Assembly (NCBI RefSeq): GCF_009834535.1
Contig: NC_045697.1
Span: 28,336,001 to 28,400,000, forward strand
Origin: Camelus ferus
Lineage: Eukaryota
DNA: 64,000 nucleotides
Direction: 5' to 3'
Shown here: positions 50,909-64,000 of the stretch, one piece after another
How positions within the stretch are numbered: the first letter of the stretch is position 1
How the letters are laid out: each line of letters begins with the position of its first letter
Notes under the pieces: model-generated
Databases searched by the model: none
The model's input: only the letters and a program-made list of their open reading frames with translations
Told to the model about the DNA's origin: nothing
Position numbers and translations under genes: made by a program

Positions 50909-53080
50909 CTTAAACTTATAATTAACAACCAGTTAAAGACATGAAGCATAAAGAACAAGGATGTTGAAACAGAGTCAGTATGAGGGATATAAAATTGCAT
51001 CAGTTTTACAAAATTGCCTCAAGGAGATTTTCAGCAGACCTATAAGTTGCACACATAAACTCTAATTTATAGCATATAGGTATGTTTTTGGAGAACAAAC
51101 AATGCTTTTAAAAATGTTAAACGAAGAAATAACATTGATGATTATATCTAGCTGGACTTTTTGCACTTTGGAAATAAAGACTGTCCACACTAGCTTTGTG
51201 TTATTTTGTTGAAAGAGTTGCCCCAAACCATATCTCTTATACAGTTAATTATGAACAAAACACTAAACTTAATTTTTGAAAGCTTGTACTTTTTTAGGAG
51301 CAAAATTCAAGAATTCAAACAAAATGTTATAGAAATAGTTACCCATTTTTGATTCCATAACATCGTGTTTCACAAAGTTTGGGGTTTTTGTGCATTACTT
51401 CATGGTGGCCTTTTTGCTAGCTTTTTGGGGTTTTTTGTTTGTATATCTAAGTACCACATGCACTATTACTTAATAAAACATTTTTCCTTAAAACATTTAT
51501 TTTGAAAGGAAATTTTATATTCTATTATACATGAAAGACCAGTATTTTCTGATACCCTTAAAAGAAATATGTAACACTTAAAATAAAAAATGTTCATCTT
51601 TGTTATAACCAACCTCATATCCCATACAAAAAGAAGTAGATATATCAGCCTCAGAAAACACCACCAAATATGCAAATTTTATTCTGCATTTTAGTATACA
51701 TTTGGTCCTAAAACAAACACAGTGTCATTTAAAAATGCGTCATAAAATACTTTTTCTTATAATTACATAATGTAATTTTAATAATGTAAAAGCATTTATT
51801 AAATGGGAAAATGCCAACATTTATATTTTTGTGTATGAGTGTTTTAAATACTCATAATTTATTTTCTGAATATTTTAAATTTATTTGAAATAAACTTTTC
51901 AGTACAATCTTTAAAGAGATAGATTTATATAAAATAAAATATAGGTCAATATTTTTTGTATATCACACACAAATGATGAAATGATTTTTTAAATTCCTCA
52001 GAGGCTCAAGAGATTGCTTAATACTGTGAAAGAGGCTTTCAGGACAAGAAACGTTGGGAAACTCTACTCTAGGTCAAGGCCTCACCAATTTGTTCCTGAG
52101 CCTGGGATAAGACTTGATTTATTCCCTATTTTTCCACCTCTTTGAGGACCTTTGTCTTAGCATTTATTGGCGTCATTCTCTCAGAGAAGGTCACACAAGG
52201 CTGTATACGTTTTAGGTATTCAATAAACAATTCAATTGATTATTTTCTATTTAAAGAAAATTTGCCTTGTCCCAGAAAGGATTTAAAATTACAATTGAAT
52301 AAAAGTGGATTTCAGATCCACACATACACACACACACACACACACACAAACACACACCCCAACCCGGATTCTGGCATAAACATATAATCTTTTCAGAACA
52401 TGCAAATCAATTGTGTATACCTGCTTCTATTAAAAATTTTACATTAAAAGCCCATCTCAAAACAAAGTGCAGAACATTGACTACTCTCAAAGCTGAGTGA
52501 TGTACTATGAGTTGTCATTATACTATTCTTTCTATTTTTATGTGCTGTGACAATTTTCACAATTAAAAGGTTAAAAATACATAAGAAAGTAAAAAGAATA
52601 TTTTGTATTTTTAAAAGAAAACAATCATCTTTATTTAGTACACTTCTTAAGATCTCTGTTGAAATTCTTAACCAAAATTTAGTGCTAAAACTGCAAAAAC
52701 AGCTGTGAAAAAGCCACCATTCACATGATTTATAGCTAAGCCTTCTTTGGAAACAGACGGCTGCAACTGCTTTCTTGAACAGGAAGGCTGCAGTTTTTCA
52801 CAGGCATATTTAAATGGAATAAATGTCATTTTTAAACCTCTTCAGCCCAACTCTCAACCAATATCTTGAAGACGAAGTATAATATTTTGAAATGGAGTTA
52901 CTAGCAGGGGTCTTTTTTAGCTTGTTTTGGTTGGGGAGGAGCAAAATCTTCAAGGATCATCTGAAGTGGATCTTTTTTTTTCCATGAAAAAAAACAAAGG
53001 AATTTTTAAAAACTCCTTTGTTAAAGTTGAGTTGCAGGACAATAACGTACCAAAATCAGCTTTTGCTAAATCTTGTAGCA

Positions 53081-53081
<1 letters not shown>

Positions 53082-53135
<54 letters not shown>
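53082..53135. repeat. (AAC)18 trinucleotide microsatellite in KLB intron 1
   Basis: Read directly; explains the polyQ/polyT/polyV ORFs in the ORF track. Confidence 0.95.
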
Positions 53136-53137
<2 letters not shown>

Positions 53138-56100
53138 AAAAAACCAGCCCAAGCTTTTCTGTCAATGAGATTAAAAAAAAAACTTACTTGCTATTTTCCA
53201 CCACTTCCCATCCAACACCAAACAAACAAAAGAAGAACACAGAAATGGGGAGAATAACGGATAGAGATTGGTCTCAGTTCTTAAAGTGGAGAATTGAGAC
53301 AATTATTACAGATAACTTTTTGACATTCTATCATACTATTCTTAAAATAATTATTATTATAAGAAGATTTTATTGCACATCTATTGTAGTGTCAGAAACT
53401 ACTTGCTACTTTTCACATGTTATCTCATTTAATTCTTACATCAACCCTGCCAAGTAGGTATTCTTAGTTATTTTACAATTGAAATGGAAGCCTAGAGAAA
53501 TCTGCCTGAAGTTACACAGCTGTATAAGTGTGCTTTTTCACTCCGTAGTGTCAGACCCAAAATTTAAATTTCATCTGTCTGAATCCAAGCCGACTACGCT
53601 TAATCACGTGAATCATCTCCCTAGCCTCAGCGAGAAAGGGCAATTTACAGCCTAGAACCCCAAGGCAGTCACTTATGTTGATACTGATTCAATCAACATT
53701 TGACTCCACTTTAAAGATCAAAGCAATCTATCTACATGTTTTATTTGTCCACAAAGTCTATGAACAACTGATCCCTGACTCATATATTAACCATGAGGTT
53801 TTTCATTTGTCCCTATGATTTTAATTTTTATTTGCTCAAAATTTTAGTGTCCCATAAAAGTCCCAACTCATCTTCATTGGGACCTAAGTCACCTCTAGCA
53901 AAATAGAGGAAATAATGATCAAACAAGTTAACACTAGCAATTTTATAGATGTTTCTAATCAAATTTGAATAAAAAATAAAAATGGCTTCCAGATAAGAAT
54001 TGCCAAAGACAGTTTCAATAACCAGAATACCATTGTTAGACGTAAGAGTCTTGTAAAAAAACTATTTGTAGATGACAATTGGTATTCTAAAACCTTAAAG
54101 AAAGTAGTATTTACCTTTTCTAATCATTAAGTAGAAAAATTATGCTTCAGTGAATGATTAACAAGTTTAAATAAATGTAATTATACATGTTCAGAGAATA
54201 ACATTGTGATTGTATTTAAACAGCTTGATTTGATATGAACACTCTCATACATGGAAAATTAGGCCCAACTGGAGAGCAGAAAATATTGTAAGTAATGGAA
54301 ACAGTGTTAGTACACTAGTTTATAATACGTGTGTCACTTAATTGCATATAAAAAAATCTTACTAAGAAAACACGACATTAGAAAATAGTCCATATTAAAA
54401 GAAAAAGAAGTAGTTAAAATTATTGAACATTAACAGCAATTCTGTTGCTGAAGAGTAGAGGCATGCTGAGAATAGATCAGAACCTTTCAATTTACTAGCC
54501 AGTAAAGAGTGAATCACAGAAGTAATTAAAGTGATTTTTCCAGGTGACCTAATAGTGCTGCTTGAAAATTGTTTAGGGGAGCCTTGAAGTTGGTGAAAAC
54601 CAGGATCTTTTAGTATTTGGAGATTCCATTGATTGGTTCTTTATAGCATCATATCTTGACTAGAGATTATATGACTAAGCCTTAAATAAAGGGCTGGGTT
54701 TACTGTTATCAGTTCTCCTTCCAAGTTAATCACATGTGTATTATACGTCTCCTCCTTTTACCTTTGAATATCAATATATTATTCCGGAGTAGGAAAAATA
54801 TTCTTTAATATGTAATGAACTCCAGAATAACTGAATTTCTATTTAAGTTTCTGTTTTTCCCTTTGAGATTTTCAGAACTTTGGAGAAAGTGAGGAGACTT
54901 AGCATAGAGCAATTAAATTCACTGATGGAAACCATCTGTTTCAACCAGTTCTCTTGACTTTTTTAAATTTCAAAAATAATGCATTCTTACTGTAAAACAT
55001 TCAAACAATACAGAAAGACGTAAAGTTAAAAATGAAAGGTCTCCTCTTTTCTTATTCCCTAACCCCATACCCAAGAAGCAGCAGCTTGTTCAATTCCAAA
55101 TATTTTTCAATGTATATATAAGCACATACATATAGACATATTTTTACACACTTTGAATCATATGATTACATTAAGCGTTGGTGATCATTTCTGATTAGTT
55201 GAAATGTAAAAGTGTACTGTTTTTCTTCTAGGTATTTCTGTACTTCTCTATCCTATTAGAGGTCATAGGTCATCTGAAGGCAGGAGCTATCTTGTTAATA
55301 TTTTTCCTAAATGCCTACCAAGGTGCCGTGTGTCAAATAAGTATTTGTAGACTTGAATTTAAGCAGTTAACCAACATAAAATGAATGAAGAGTGAATAAA
55401 AATATAAAATAATAGCCATGGGTTGAAGGAAAATGATTAAGTAAAAATGATTTCTCTAAACTTGTTTTGCTGTTGTGTATAATTTCTATGAGGGGAAAAA
55501 ATTCATCAGAACAGAAGGTAATGCTGATGAATTCTCTGTCTGACTGGGGACTGAGGTGGTGCCCCAGCTGGTGAGCCTGGATAGAGGCATAATCAAAACT
55601 ATGACTCTCAGATGGCCTCTTAGTGTGCTCCTGGCACCCAAACTCTGTGACATGGCTTTCTCAGTGCACTGGCCCTCGTTTTTATGCCACACCTGGTACA
55701 TACCCCTTGCACTTTCACAGGCTATTCAATCACCCGTTGAGCCTAAGATGTTAAAGTGTGTTTCAAAAGCACAAAATTTGAGGTGTATAATGTCTGGAAA
55801 TGACAATGATCTAGAGGCTGAAGGATTTAGTTCTAATTTTAGTTTTGCATTAGCTGAGACCTTGGGCAAGTCGCTTATGCCTTGTGCTTCAGCATCTTAT
55901 CAGCATCTAATAGAGAGTTTTAAGAATTGGACCAAATGTTCTCTAAAGTCCATCCTCTACTTCTGTTTAACAGGCAAGAACACAGAACTTGAAACAACAC
56001 AGCCTGGGCTTGACTTAGCTTGTGAACAAGCTACCTTACCTCTCTACTCTTGGTTTCCTCTCCTCCAAAAGTATAATAATTGTACTTACCTCTCGAGATT

Positions 56101-58094
56101 TTAATGAGGATTAAATGAGATAGTACATGGAAAGTGCTTAGAACAGTGCTCAGCATGTTTAGCACTAGATATATGTTCATTCTTATTACTGCTTATGTTA
56201 TTAATTTTCTATGGCTTTGTAATTTAACTAATATAAATTTGACTTAATCGTGAAGTCACTCATCTTTAATTACCATTTAATTATGACTTCTTTGAAGGTG
56301 ATGCTGTACTAAATGCTATGCAACCACAGCATCCCTGCCCTTTCAGTCTGACATAAAAATCACCATCCTCAGTCAAAACAGCCAAGTGTAGAAGTGGCCT
56401 CTAAGGGATACATTTAGCCTCTGACACCAGTGAGGACAATATCCAATGTCAACAGTTCTGGTTCTAAGAAAGAGATGCAGGGAATTACATATAAACATTA
56501 CATGCTGTACTAGGCACTTGGACAATAGCATGGTTTTCTGAACACCCCCAATTTGCTGGCAGATCGTCCATGGATTTTCTAAGTGATCCTAAATTCCAGA
56601 CACATATAGATATTTTATTCTCAACATGCAAGAGTGGGATATTGTACCCTCATTCTAGGACTGTTTAGTTCTTTTAGTAACCAAATACAGCAGAAAGAAA
56701 CTATAATTTTATAACAATACGTTGTGGTTCATGTCAAATGGCCTTTCCCCAACAGCTTCAACATTTAAAAGTGATGTGACATACAGAAAGCAAGATGGTT
56801 TTGTTAAATAATCAGAGGGGCCTGGATTCAAATCCTGACTGCACCACTATCCAGCCTCTCTGAACTTCAGTTTCTTCTCTAAACTGGGAAAAACAAAACC
56901 TGCTTTGCAGAGGCCATACTATCAACAACGTATATGTCAGGCGACCAACAAACCAGCTGCTCCATAGTGGGCATTCAGTCAGCAGTGTTCTATCAAGGCT
57001 CTTCCCTGGGCATCCGAATGTGCAACTGTGAACAAAACAGAGTCTCTGCACTGCAGAAGCTTGTAGGCTGGGAGTGGATCATGTTGCATGGGCCTGAGAC
57101 TTACATAAAGAAAAAAATACAAAATCATGGACATGAAAGTTGGTACAGAAGTAAACATCTATTTAGAAGGGAGAAAAATATTACCACAAATTACTGTAGT
57201 CTTGGAGATTCAGACTCCTTATTTTCTGAGGTCCCTTTGGGAATTTATCAGAAATACTTACCTAGAAATGTTTCCAGTCACTGCCTGGCTCCCAACCCAC
57301 CTAGCATCTTTCATGGGGACCCAGGCAAGGAGGGGGGGCCTGAAGTTTCAGCTTCCTTAGGTTTATGGTAAATCTGCCTTTGTTGCAGGCCCCAAAATGG
57401 TAGGTCTTATTTTTGTTTTTGTAATTATTATATTATTTGTAATTTTCAGAGTGGTTTCTATATTGACTATCTTTAACTTTTCGTTCTTAAATCCTGAGGA
57501 AAGCCTTCAAGTCTCTAACCAAGGCCATTTTAGCTTCAATTATACTTTGAGATGTGGTCCTTTTGCCTGAAAAAAAAATTACTAACAGGATCACTATTGT
57601 TAATTTAACAATAACAAGAAAGCTTAAAATGTCATTCCACTTTCTGCAGAGTTGGCATGCAAATGTGCTCCTTGGGCAAGGAAACTGAACTTCAGTAAGG
57701 TACCAATTTACTGATACTGATTTCTTCCAAGCTCCCTTCTAATATCTAGGGAAACCCACAGATGCTTCATTTTAATAAATTGTAAACTTTATTCTGGACT
57801 TCTTTCCTTTGTGTTGCCAGGTTTAGATTCTGGCTTGGGCATTAGTTTAATTTAGTAATATTATAATTGAAATTAGAGTTCTGTAACAGTAATAGGACCT
57901 TTTTTTGAAGGAACAAGTATGTTAGAGCTTAGTTTTTACCTGATTCCCATGGGGAAATCCTGAAACTACACAAATCGAGAACAATCGATTTGCTAGAATA
58001 AGTTGAAAATATAATGATTTAAAAGAAAATAGGAGGAAAATGAATTTTAATATGACCATTACTGAGTTATTCCAACTATAGAAAACATGAATTT

Positions 58095-58382
58095 AAGCAG
58101 AAACAGACTCACAGACTCACAGACGGTGGGAAGGGATAAATTGGGATTTTAGGATTTACAGATACCAACTAGTATATATAAAATAGATAAACAGCAAGTT
58201 TCTACTGTATAGCACAGGAAACTATATTCAATATTTTGTAGTAACCTGTAATGAAAAAGAATATGAAATGAATATATGTATGTATATATATGACTGAAAC
58301 ATTATGCTGTAGACCAGAAATTGACACATTGTAAACTGACTATATACTTCAAATTTTAAAAAAATTTTAATAAAAAAAAAAA
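58095..58382 (+). mobile_element. Young truncated L1 3'UTR insertion
   Basis: ctactgtatagcacaggaaactatattcaa...cattgtaaactgactat plus poly-A; 15-bp TSD agaaaacatgaattt (58080-58094 / 58383-58397). Confidence 0.85.
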
Positions 58383-59364
58383 AGAAAACATGAATTTGAA
58401 CCATTAAAAATAGAATGGGTAAATTTTTTCTTTATGATAGGTAGTAACTTTTGTTAATATTTAAATTCTCTCCTAAGAATAATGAGGGTCAGATATTGAT
58501 TCCAAGAGCATTTTTAAGACTGTCAAAAAAAAAAATTAAGGAAATAAGTGTCACATGATTTTTTTTTAACAATGAACAAAGTTCATATATCCTAAGCACC
58601 CAATACATATTTGTGGAATGCGGAATGAATGAATGAATGAGTGAATATTAAATAATCTGGAAGAGTAGCAGTTATAATTAGTAGAAGACTTCATAATATA
58701 AAGAAGTGCTGAGTAAACGAAAAAATAAATCAAACTGAAATTTAATCCTAGCCCGAATGGACAATGAACAAACTTAAATCAGCTGCACAAAGATAAATGA
58801 GGATGAAAATGTGAGCCATGCGCCCTGGGAGGTGAGGGAGAACTATCTGGAGATCCTCTCTTCCTGCCCACACAGACTTCCCGCAATCGTTTTCCACAGC
58901 AAGTTAAATACTTTCCAGCTTGCTCTTTCAAAATACTTCAAATTTAGGTTTGTGTGGTTTTCATAGGGTCTTTACATGTATTACCTCATTCCATCTTCAC
59001 AGCAATTCTCTAGTGTTTATTTTTAGCTCAGTATGATGGAGGAGGGAACCGAGGCCGCTGAGAGGGAAACGACTTACCCAAGATCTAAAGCTAATTAGTG
59101 GCAGGGCCAGTGCTAGAGCCTGGGTGTCCTGCTTTCAAGCCCTGGGCCCTGTCCCCTGTGATACCCTGCAGGAGACTAGCACCTTCATATCATTCTTGAT
59201 GGCTAAATTATTCCCCAAAAGAGCAATCAATGATTCAAAGCAGATGTCAAAAAACACTTACACTTACATATTTGGAAATATGTAAAACAATTCCAAAAAT
59301 ATGTAACCCTTTCCTGGGATTAAAAGAAGGAAAGAATTCAAACATATCAAAAGCTATATGCCCA

Positions 59365-59806
59365 CTCTTTCAGCCATCTTGGAGAGGGCAGAGTCCTGCT
59401 GGGAAGAGGACTTCCAGAACAGTGAATGTGTCTGGAAGGCTGTGGTCCAAGGCCATTTGTGCTGGCTATAAGAGGGGTCTCCGGAAACAGAGGGAGCACA
59501 CAGCTCTTCTTAAAGTTGAAGGTGTTTATACTCGAGATGAAACTGAATTCAATCCAGGCAAGAGATGTACTTATGTGTACAAAGCAAAGAATAACACAGT
59601 AACTCCTGGTGGAAAACTGAACAAAACCAGAGTAATCTGGGGAAAGGTGACTAATTCGTGCTCATGGAAACAGTGGCATGGTTCGTGCCAAATTCCAAAG
59701 CAACCTTCTTGTTGAAGCCATTGGACACAGAATCCATGTGATGCTGTACACCTCAGGGATTCAGACCTATTGAAAAGTAAATAAATAAAAACGTGGAAAG
59801 AAAAAA
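59365..59806 (+). pseudogene. RPL35A: RPL35A processed pseudogene in KLB intron 1
   Basis: (V)[40 protein letters not shown]...TRVIWGKVT. Start ATG>GTG at 59428, 4-bp insertion at 59653-59656, AATAAA and poly-A, 16-bp TSD aaaagctatatgccca (59349-59364 / 59807-59822). Confidence 0.95.
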
Positions 59807-59846
59807 AAAAGCTATATGCCCAAAGTTAGTTATTACAACATTATTT

Positions 59847-60192
59847 TTTTGTTTGTTTGTTTTTGTTTTTTTAACATTTTTTACTGATTTATAATCATTT
59901 TACAATGTTGTGTCAAATTCCAGTGTTCAGCACAATTTTTCAGTCATTCATGGATATATACACACTCATTGTCACATTTTTTTCTCTCTGAGTTATCATA
60001 ACATTTTGTGTATATTTCCCTGTGCTATACAGTGTAACCTTGTTTATCTATTCTACAATTTTGAAATCCCAGTCTATCCCTTCCCACCCTCCACCCTGCT
60101 GGCAACCACAAGTCTGTATTCTCTGTCTGTAAGTCTATTTCTGTCCTGTATTTACGCTTTGTTTTTGTTTGTTTGTTTGTTTGTTTGTTTTT
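59847..60192 (-). mobile_element. Young truncated L1 3'UTR insertion, reverse orientation
   Basis: T-rich tail, tttccctgtgctatacag motif, 18-bp TSD gttattacaacattattt (59829-59846 / 60193-60210). Confidence 0.85.
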
Positions 60193-62231
60193 GTTATTAC
60201 AACATTATTTATGACAGGACAGAAGGAAGGAAGAAAGGAAGGAAGGAAGGAAGGAAAAGAAGCCAAGCTAATTTTTATCAAAAGAGGGAGATGACTAAGA
60301 ACATCATATTTCATCAAATTGGTGAATTGTTATACTCTTAAGATTGTCATAAAGACAAAAAATAACCTGGAAAATGTTAAGCTGATTTTAGCTGGGAAAT
60401 ATATTTGGAAAAGCTGGAAGGGAACACAGAAATACAGTTTTTTAAGATTGTGGAGTTTTAAAGTAAATTTTTACTTTATTAAGTAGCTTTAACAGTAAAC
60501 AGGTTTATAGTTCACATGACAATATTTCAGCCAAAATGTGACTAAAATCATGCATAGTTTTGGAAATTCAATTTTTGACAAATGATCAGGGGTTCCTTCA
60601 ATACAGACACGCGTGATGTGCTAGGTGTCTTCAACCATGCCTTCCAAAATCCTCCCTTCCACCAGTGTCCCTTCCATGTCTTCCTGACCTCTAACCCCTT
60701 CTACATCTTTGTTTCTAAAGTTGTCCAGCTATCTTATTTGCTTCCTATCATCCATAGAACTTATCTGAGTCGGACTTCCAGAAGCATCAAAGAGCTGCTA
60801 TGTTAGATTAGAGGAGGGAACAGAATGAGATTTTAGGCCCCTGGCTGTCTCTCAGTGACATCAGGCCCTGCTATCTGCCTCAAAAAGAAAAGGCTGACTT
60901 CCCCTTTAAGCTACTGAATCTAAAGAACAAAGGTTGAAGCTCCCTTAAATCAATCATTCCAAAGGTAGATGGCCTTGTACAAGATAGAGGGTAACCTTGG
61001 AAAATCACAGAATGACTGTTGTGCAAGGTTGCAGGGCCCAGGTTGCACTCCCCCACAACTCCGTTTCAATTTTCCCAGCAGATCTCCTTTATGAATATAG
61101 GACCAAAGGACACACAGAGATGTCCCTGTTTCATCAAGAGTTATGACAAATTCACTATTTCGGAGCAACACTTTTTACACTGTTACGTGGCAAACAGGAT
61201 CAAGTTATAACCATAAGTGCTGCACAAAGAACTTCCCTTACATTCTCTACCTGAGAATGGAGAGGCTGTCTCCACCCCAGAGCAAAGATAACCCTACATA
61301 CCTTGATAGCCTATGCAAATAGCAGCAAAGGTGAAAGAGACATGGCGGAACACGAAGGTCACCTTGGTTCATGACAACACATGCATATGTGTATCTGGAG
61401 AGAGATCTATCTCCAGAAAACTTGCTTGGAAAGCTATTGCAAAGGTACATGTCTGTTGTCTTCTAAGCTGTCCTTTTCCTCATCAAAGTGCTGATGTAAC
61501 CAAGATTTTATCATTTAAGTCATCTTTCGTATAATCACTGAAATATGCAATAGAACACCTATTTTAAAGAAATTCCCCCCTCCTTTTTTTTCCTATAAGA
61601 ACCAGGTAATTGCTACTAAGACTGGTTTAATACACTTACACTGATTTTATCTCACTCTCCCTTTAGTGTCTGATGGCATCGTATCTGCGAGGCAGCTGTC
61701 TATGGCTCAGAATCTTACGTGTGTTCAGCGCTTTATGGTTTACACATCAGAGGTGCACACCTACCTTGAAGAGGTGTACTAATCACTGCAGCTTTCACGG
61801 GTGAAAGCTCTGAGGCTACCAAGGGATTAAGTAAATGATTAGGATAAAGCAAAGAATACCTCCCTTTGAATTCTAGTAATGCATGGTTGCTTTTGTTTCG
61901 AATCAGGAAAAAAGCAGTCAAGACTTTCTGCTGTGATTCCTGCCCCAGAGAAGCCCAGAAAGAGCAGCTGAGACCATTTAATGTCGAGTCTGCCCTGGGC
62001 TCCCCTGAGATTCCTTCCAGAAGCTAGAACCTCAGGTTGGAGGCAGGAGAGGAGGCTACGGTCTGAACACTTCTCTGAGAAGAGCGCTCTTAAGGATCCT
62101 TGGGGAACATTTGTGTGCTAAGTGGTTCCAGGTGAAAACTGAGTAAGACTAGGTAGATAGAAATAATATCTCGAGGCACCTACTTCTTTAGAAAATCTTT
62201 CACGGGATTATTTAAATTAGCTATTCTTTAA

Positions 62232-62548
62232 ATACAATGCAATACTACTTGGCCATAAAAAAGAATGAAATAATGCCATTTGCAGCAATATGGATGGACC
62301 TAGAGATTATCATATTAAGTGAAGTGAGTCAAAAAGACAAAGACAAATATCATATGATATCATTCATACATGGAATCTTAAAAAATGATACAAAGGAACT
62401 TACTTCCAAAACAGAAATAGGCTCCCAGACATAGAAAACAAACTTATGATTACCCAAAGAGGAAAGGAGTAGGGGGAGGGATAAATTCGGAATTTGGGGT
62501 TAACAGATATACGCTACTATACATAAAATACATAAACAACAAGGACCT
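62232..62548 (+). mobile_element. L1 ORF2 C-terminus / 3'UTR fragment
   Basis: MQYYLAIKKNEIMPFAAIWMDLEIIILSEVSQKDKDKYHMIS is the L1 ORF2 C-terminal motif. Confidence 0.85.
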
Positions 62549-63702
62549 ATATTTGTCTTTCTCTTTCTGACTCACTTCACTTACTGCGATAATCCCTAGG
62601 TCCATTCATGTTGCTACAAATGGCAACTTACTGCCTTATTTTATGCAGTTTTATATATTTCTCTTTCATACGTTTCAGTCTTATTTTCCCATTAAGATTA
62701 TTGGCTCCTGAGAGCAAGTCCCTGCACCATTTATTTCAGCCTCTCAGGGCAGGGCAAGACGGGCACTGAGTAAGGGCTCAGCAAGTACCTGTTAAATAGA
62801 CTGGAAACCGATCATGAGGCTCAGTGTGAAGAGAGCTCAACCAGAAATGTAAACCCCAGGAGGACCAATAATAATAACATCCATGTTTAAGCAGTAGCTC
62901 TTAGGTGCTCTATTCAATGCTACATATCTATACACACATTAGCTCTACATCTAACAACAACTTTACATAGGGTATTGTTATTTTCAACTTCATTTTATAG
63001 CTCAAGATATGAAGAGGTTTCAGAAAGGTTAAGTGACTTGTCTAAGGTCACTATGGTTAGTAACTGAACGTCAAGCCCAAGTGTGCTGACCCCAAACCCC
63101 ACACTATTTCCACTGGCTTTCTATTTTGTGCCATGCTTGTCACCCTTTTATAATAACAGTAATAATAGCGAAGGCTTATACAGAGGTTACTCTGTGCCAG
63201 GCACTGTTCTAAAGTGCATTAACTCATTCAATTTTTACCACAGGCCTAAGAGATGAGCTCTATTATTATCCATTTACAGAATTTAGAGATTGTATTATCC
63301 TGGACTTCTCAGTGAGGGCCAAAAGAAAACTCTGTAGAACAGTGGAAGATTGCTGCTCTGAGTCTCTTTATGGAGAGGAAGAAACCCTAGATTCCACATG
63401 GTATCTCACCTGCACCCAGCCCCATGAGGGCCCAGAAGTGAGCCAGGGAGAGGAGAAGTTAAGGTGGAGCTTGCACAAGGGCTCTCTGCCTGCCCCTTGG
63501 CGATCCTACAGGAGATCCTTTAGGTTGGAACCACAGGAGAAGTGAACAGCATGCAGACTTTGAGGTCATCAGGGTTCCCTGGCAGCTTTCCCCTACATCA
63601 TCCTTTGCTTCATTAATTTGTCCATGAAAAAACCTTCTACCAGCCAACTCACAACCCTGTGTATAAGGACAATAACGATTAATAATGTTTTCTTTTTATT
63701 AG

Positions 63703-64000
63703 GCTCATTCAAAAGTTTGGCATAACTACAACAGAAATTTCCGCCCACATCAGAAAGGTTGGTTATCGATCACATTGGGTTCCCATTGGATTGAGCCAAA
63801 CAGATCAGAAAACACAATGGATATAATCAAGTGCCAGCAATCCATGGTTTCTGTGCTCGGGTGGTTTGCCAACCCTATCCACGGGGATGGCGACTACCCA
63901 GAGGTGATGAAAAAGAAGTTGCTCTCCATTCTACCCCTTTTCTCCGAAGCAGAGCAGAATGAGGTGAGAGGCACAGCTGACTTCTTTGCCTTTTCCTTTG
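63703..64000 (+). CDS. KLB: KLB coding exon 2 (truncated by the window end)
   Basis: tctttttattag|GCTCAT; open frame [99 protein letters not shown], phase 0 with exon 1. Confidence 0.96.

Noticed and set aside
52927..53457. PolyT/polyQ/polyV ORFs
   Set aside because: They are translations of the (AAC)18 microsatellite in an intron, with non-ATG starts and no splice or homology support.
55556..56104. 182-aa ORF in KLB intron 1
   Set aside because: GTG start, runs through MIR-like fragments, no recognisable protein features.
45929..64000. KLB as a full pseudogene
   Set aside because: From ATG 45929 both visible exons are open, with canonical splice sites and an intact signal-peptide-like segment.
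1..64000. CRISPR array, operon or other prokaryotic-type or novel multi-gene system
   Set aside because: No regularly spaced repeat-spacer structure or dense ORFs; the direct repeats seen are TSDs, microsatellites or local duplications in mammalian DNA.

Overview
Mammalian genomic DNA, most likely a camelid (alpaca/camel), inferred from the short tRNA-derived vic-1-like SINEs and the absence of Alu or Bov-tA elements. The window holds the head-to-head RFC1/KLB locus. RFC1 (replication factor C large subunit) coding exons 1-4 run on the minus strand from a CpG-island promoter at about 28.0-28.7 kb. KLB (beta-klotho, the FGF19/FGF21 co-receptor) exon 1 and part of exon 2 lie on the plus strand. 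The rest is intronic or intergenic and rich in L1, L2, MIR, MaLR/ERVL LTRs and DNA transposons, with two ribosomal-protein processed pseudogenes (RPS24, which is absent from the ORF track, and RPL35A). The most notable observation is an in-frame TGA at codon 8 of the KLB frame that starts at the human/mouse-annotated ATG (MKPGCAA*). This turns that start into a uORF and leaves the Met30-equivalent ATG behind five upstream ATGs. Also notable are a 118-bp templated insertion with a 23-bp tandem duplication, a chimeric MLT2/MaLR provirus, and a candidate poison exon in RFC1. I found no CRISPR-like or otherwise new multi-gene system. Comparisons with human proteins and repeat consensus sequences are from memory, and repeat boundaries are approximate.
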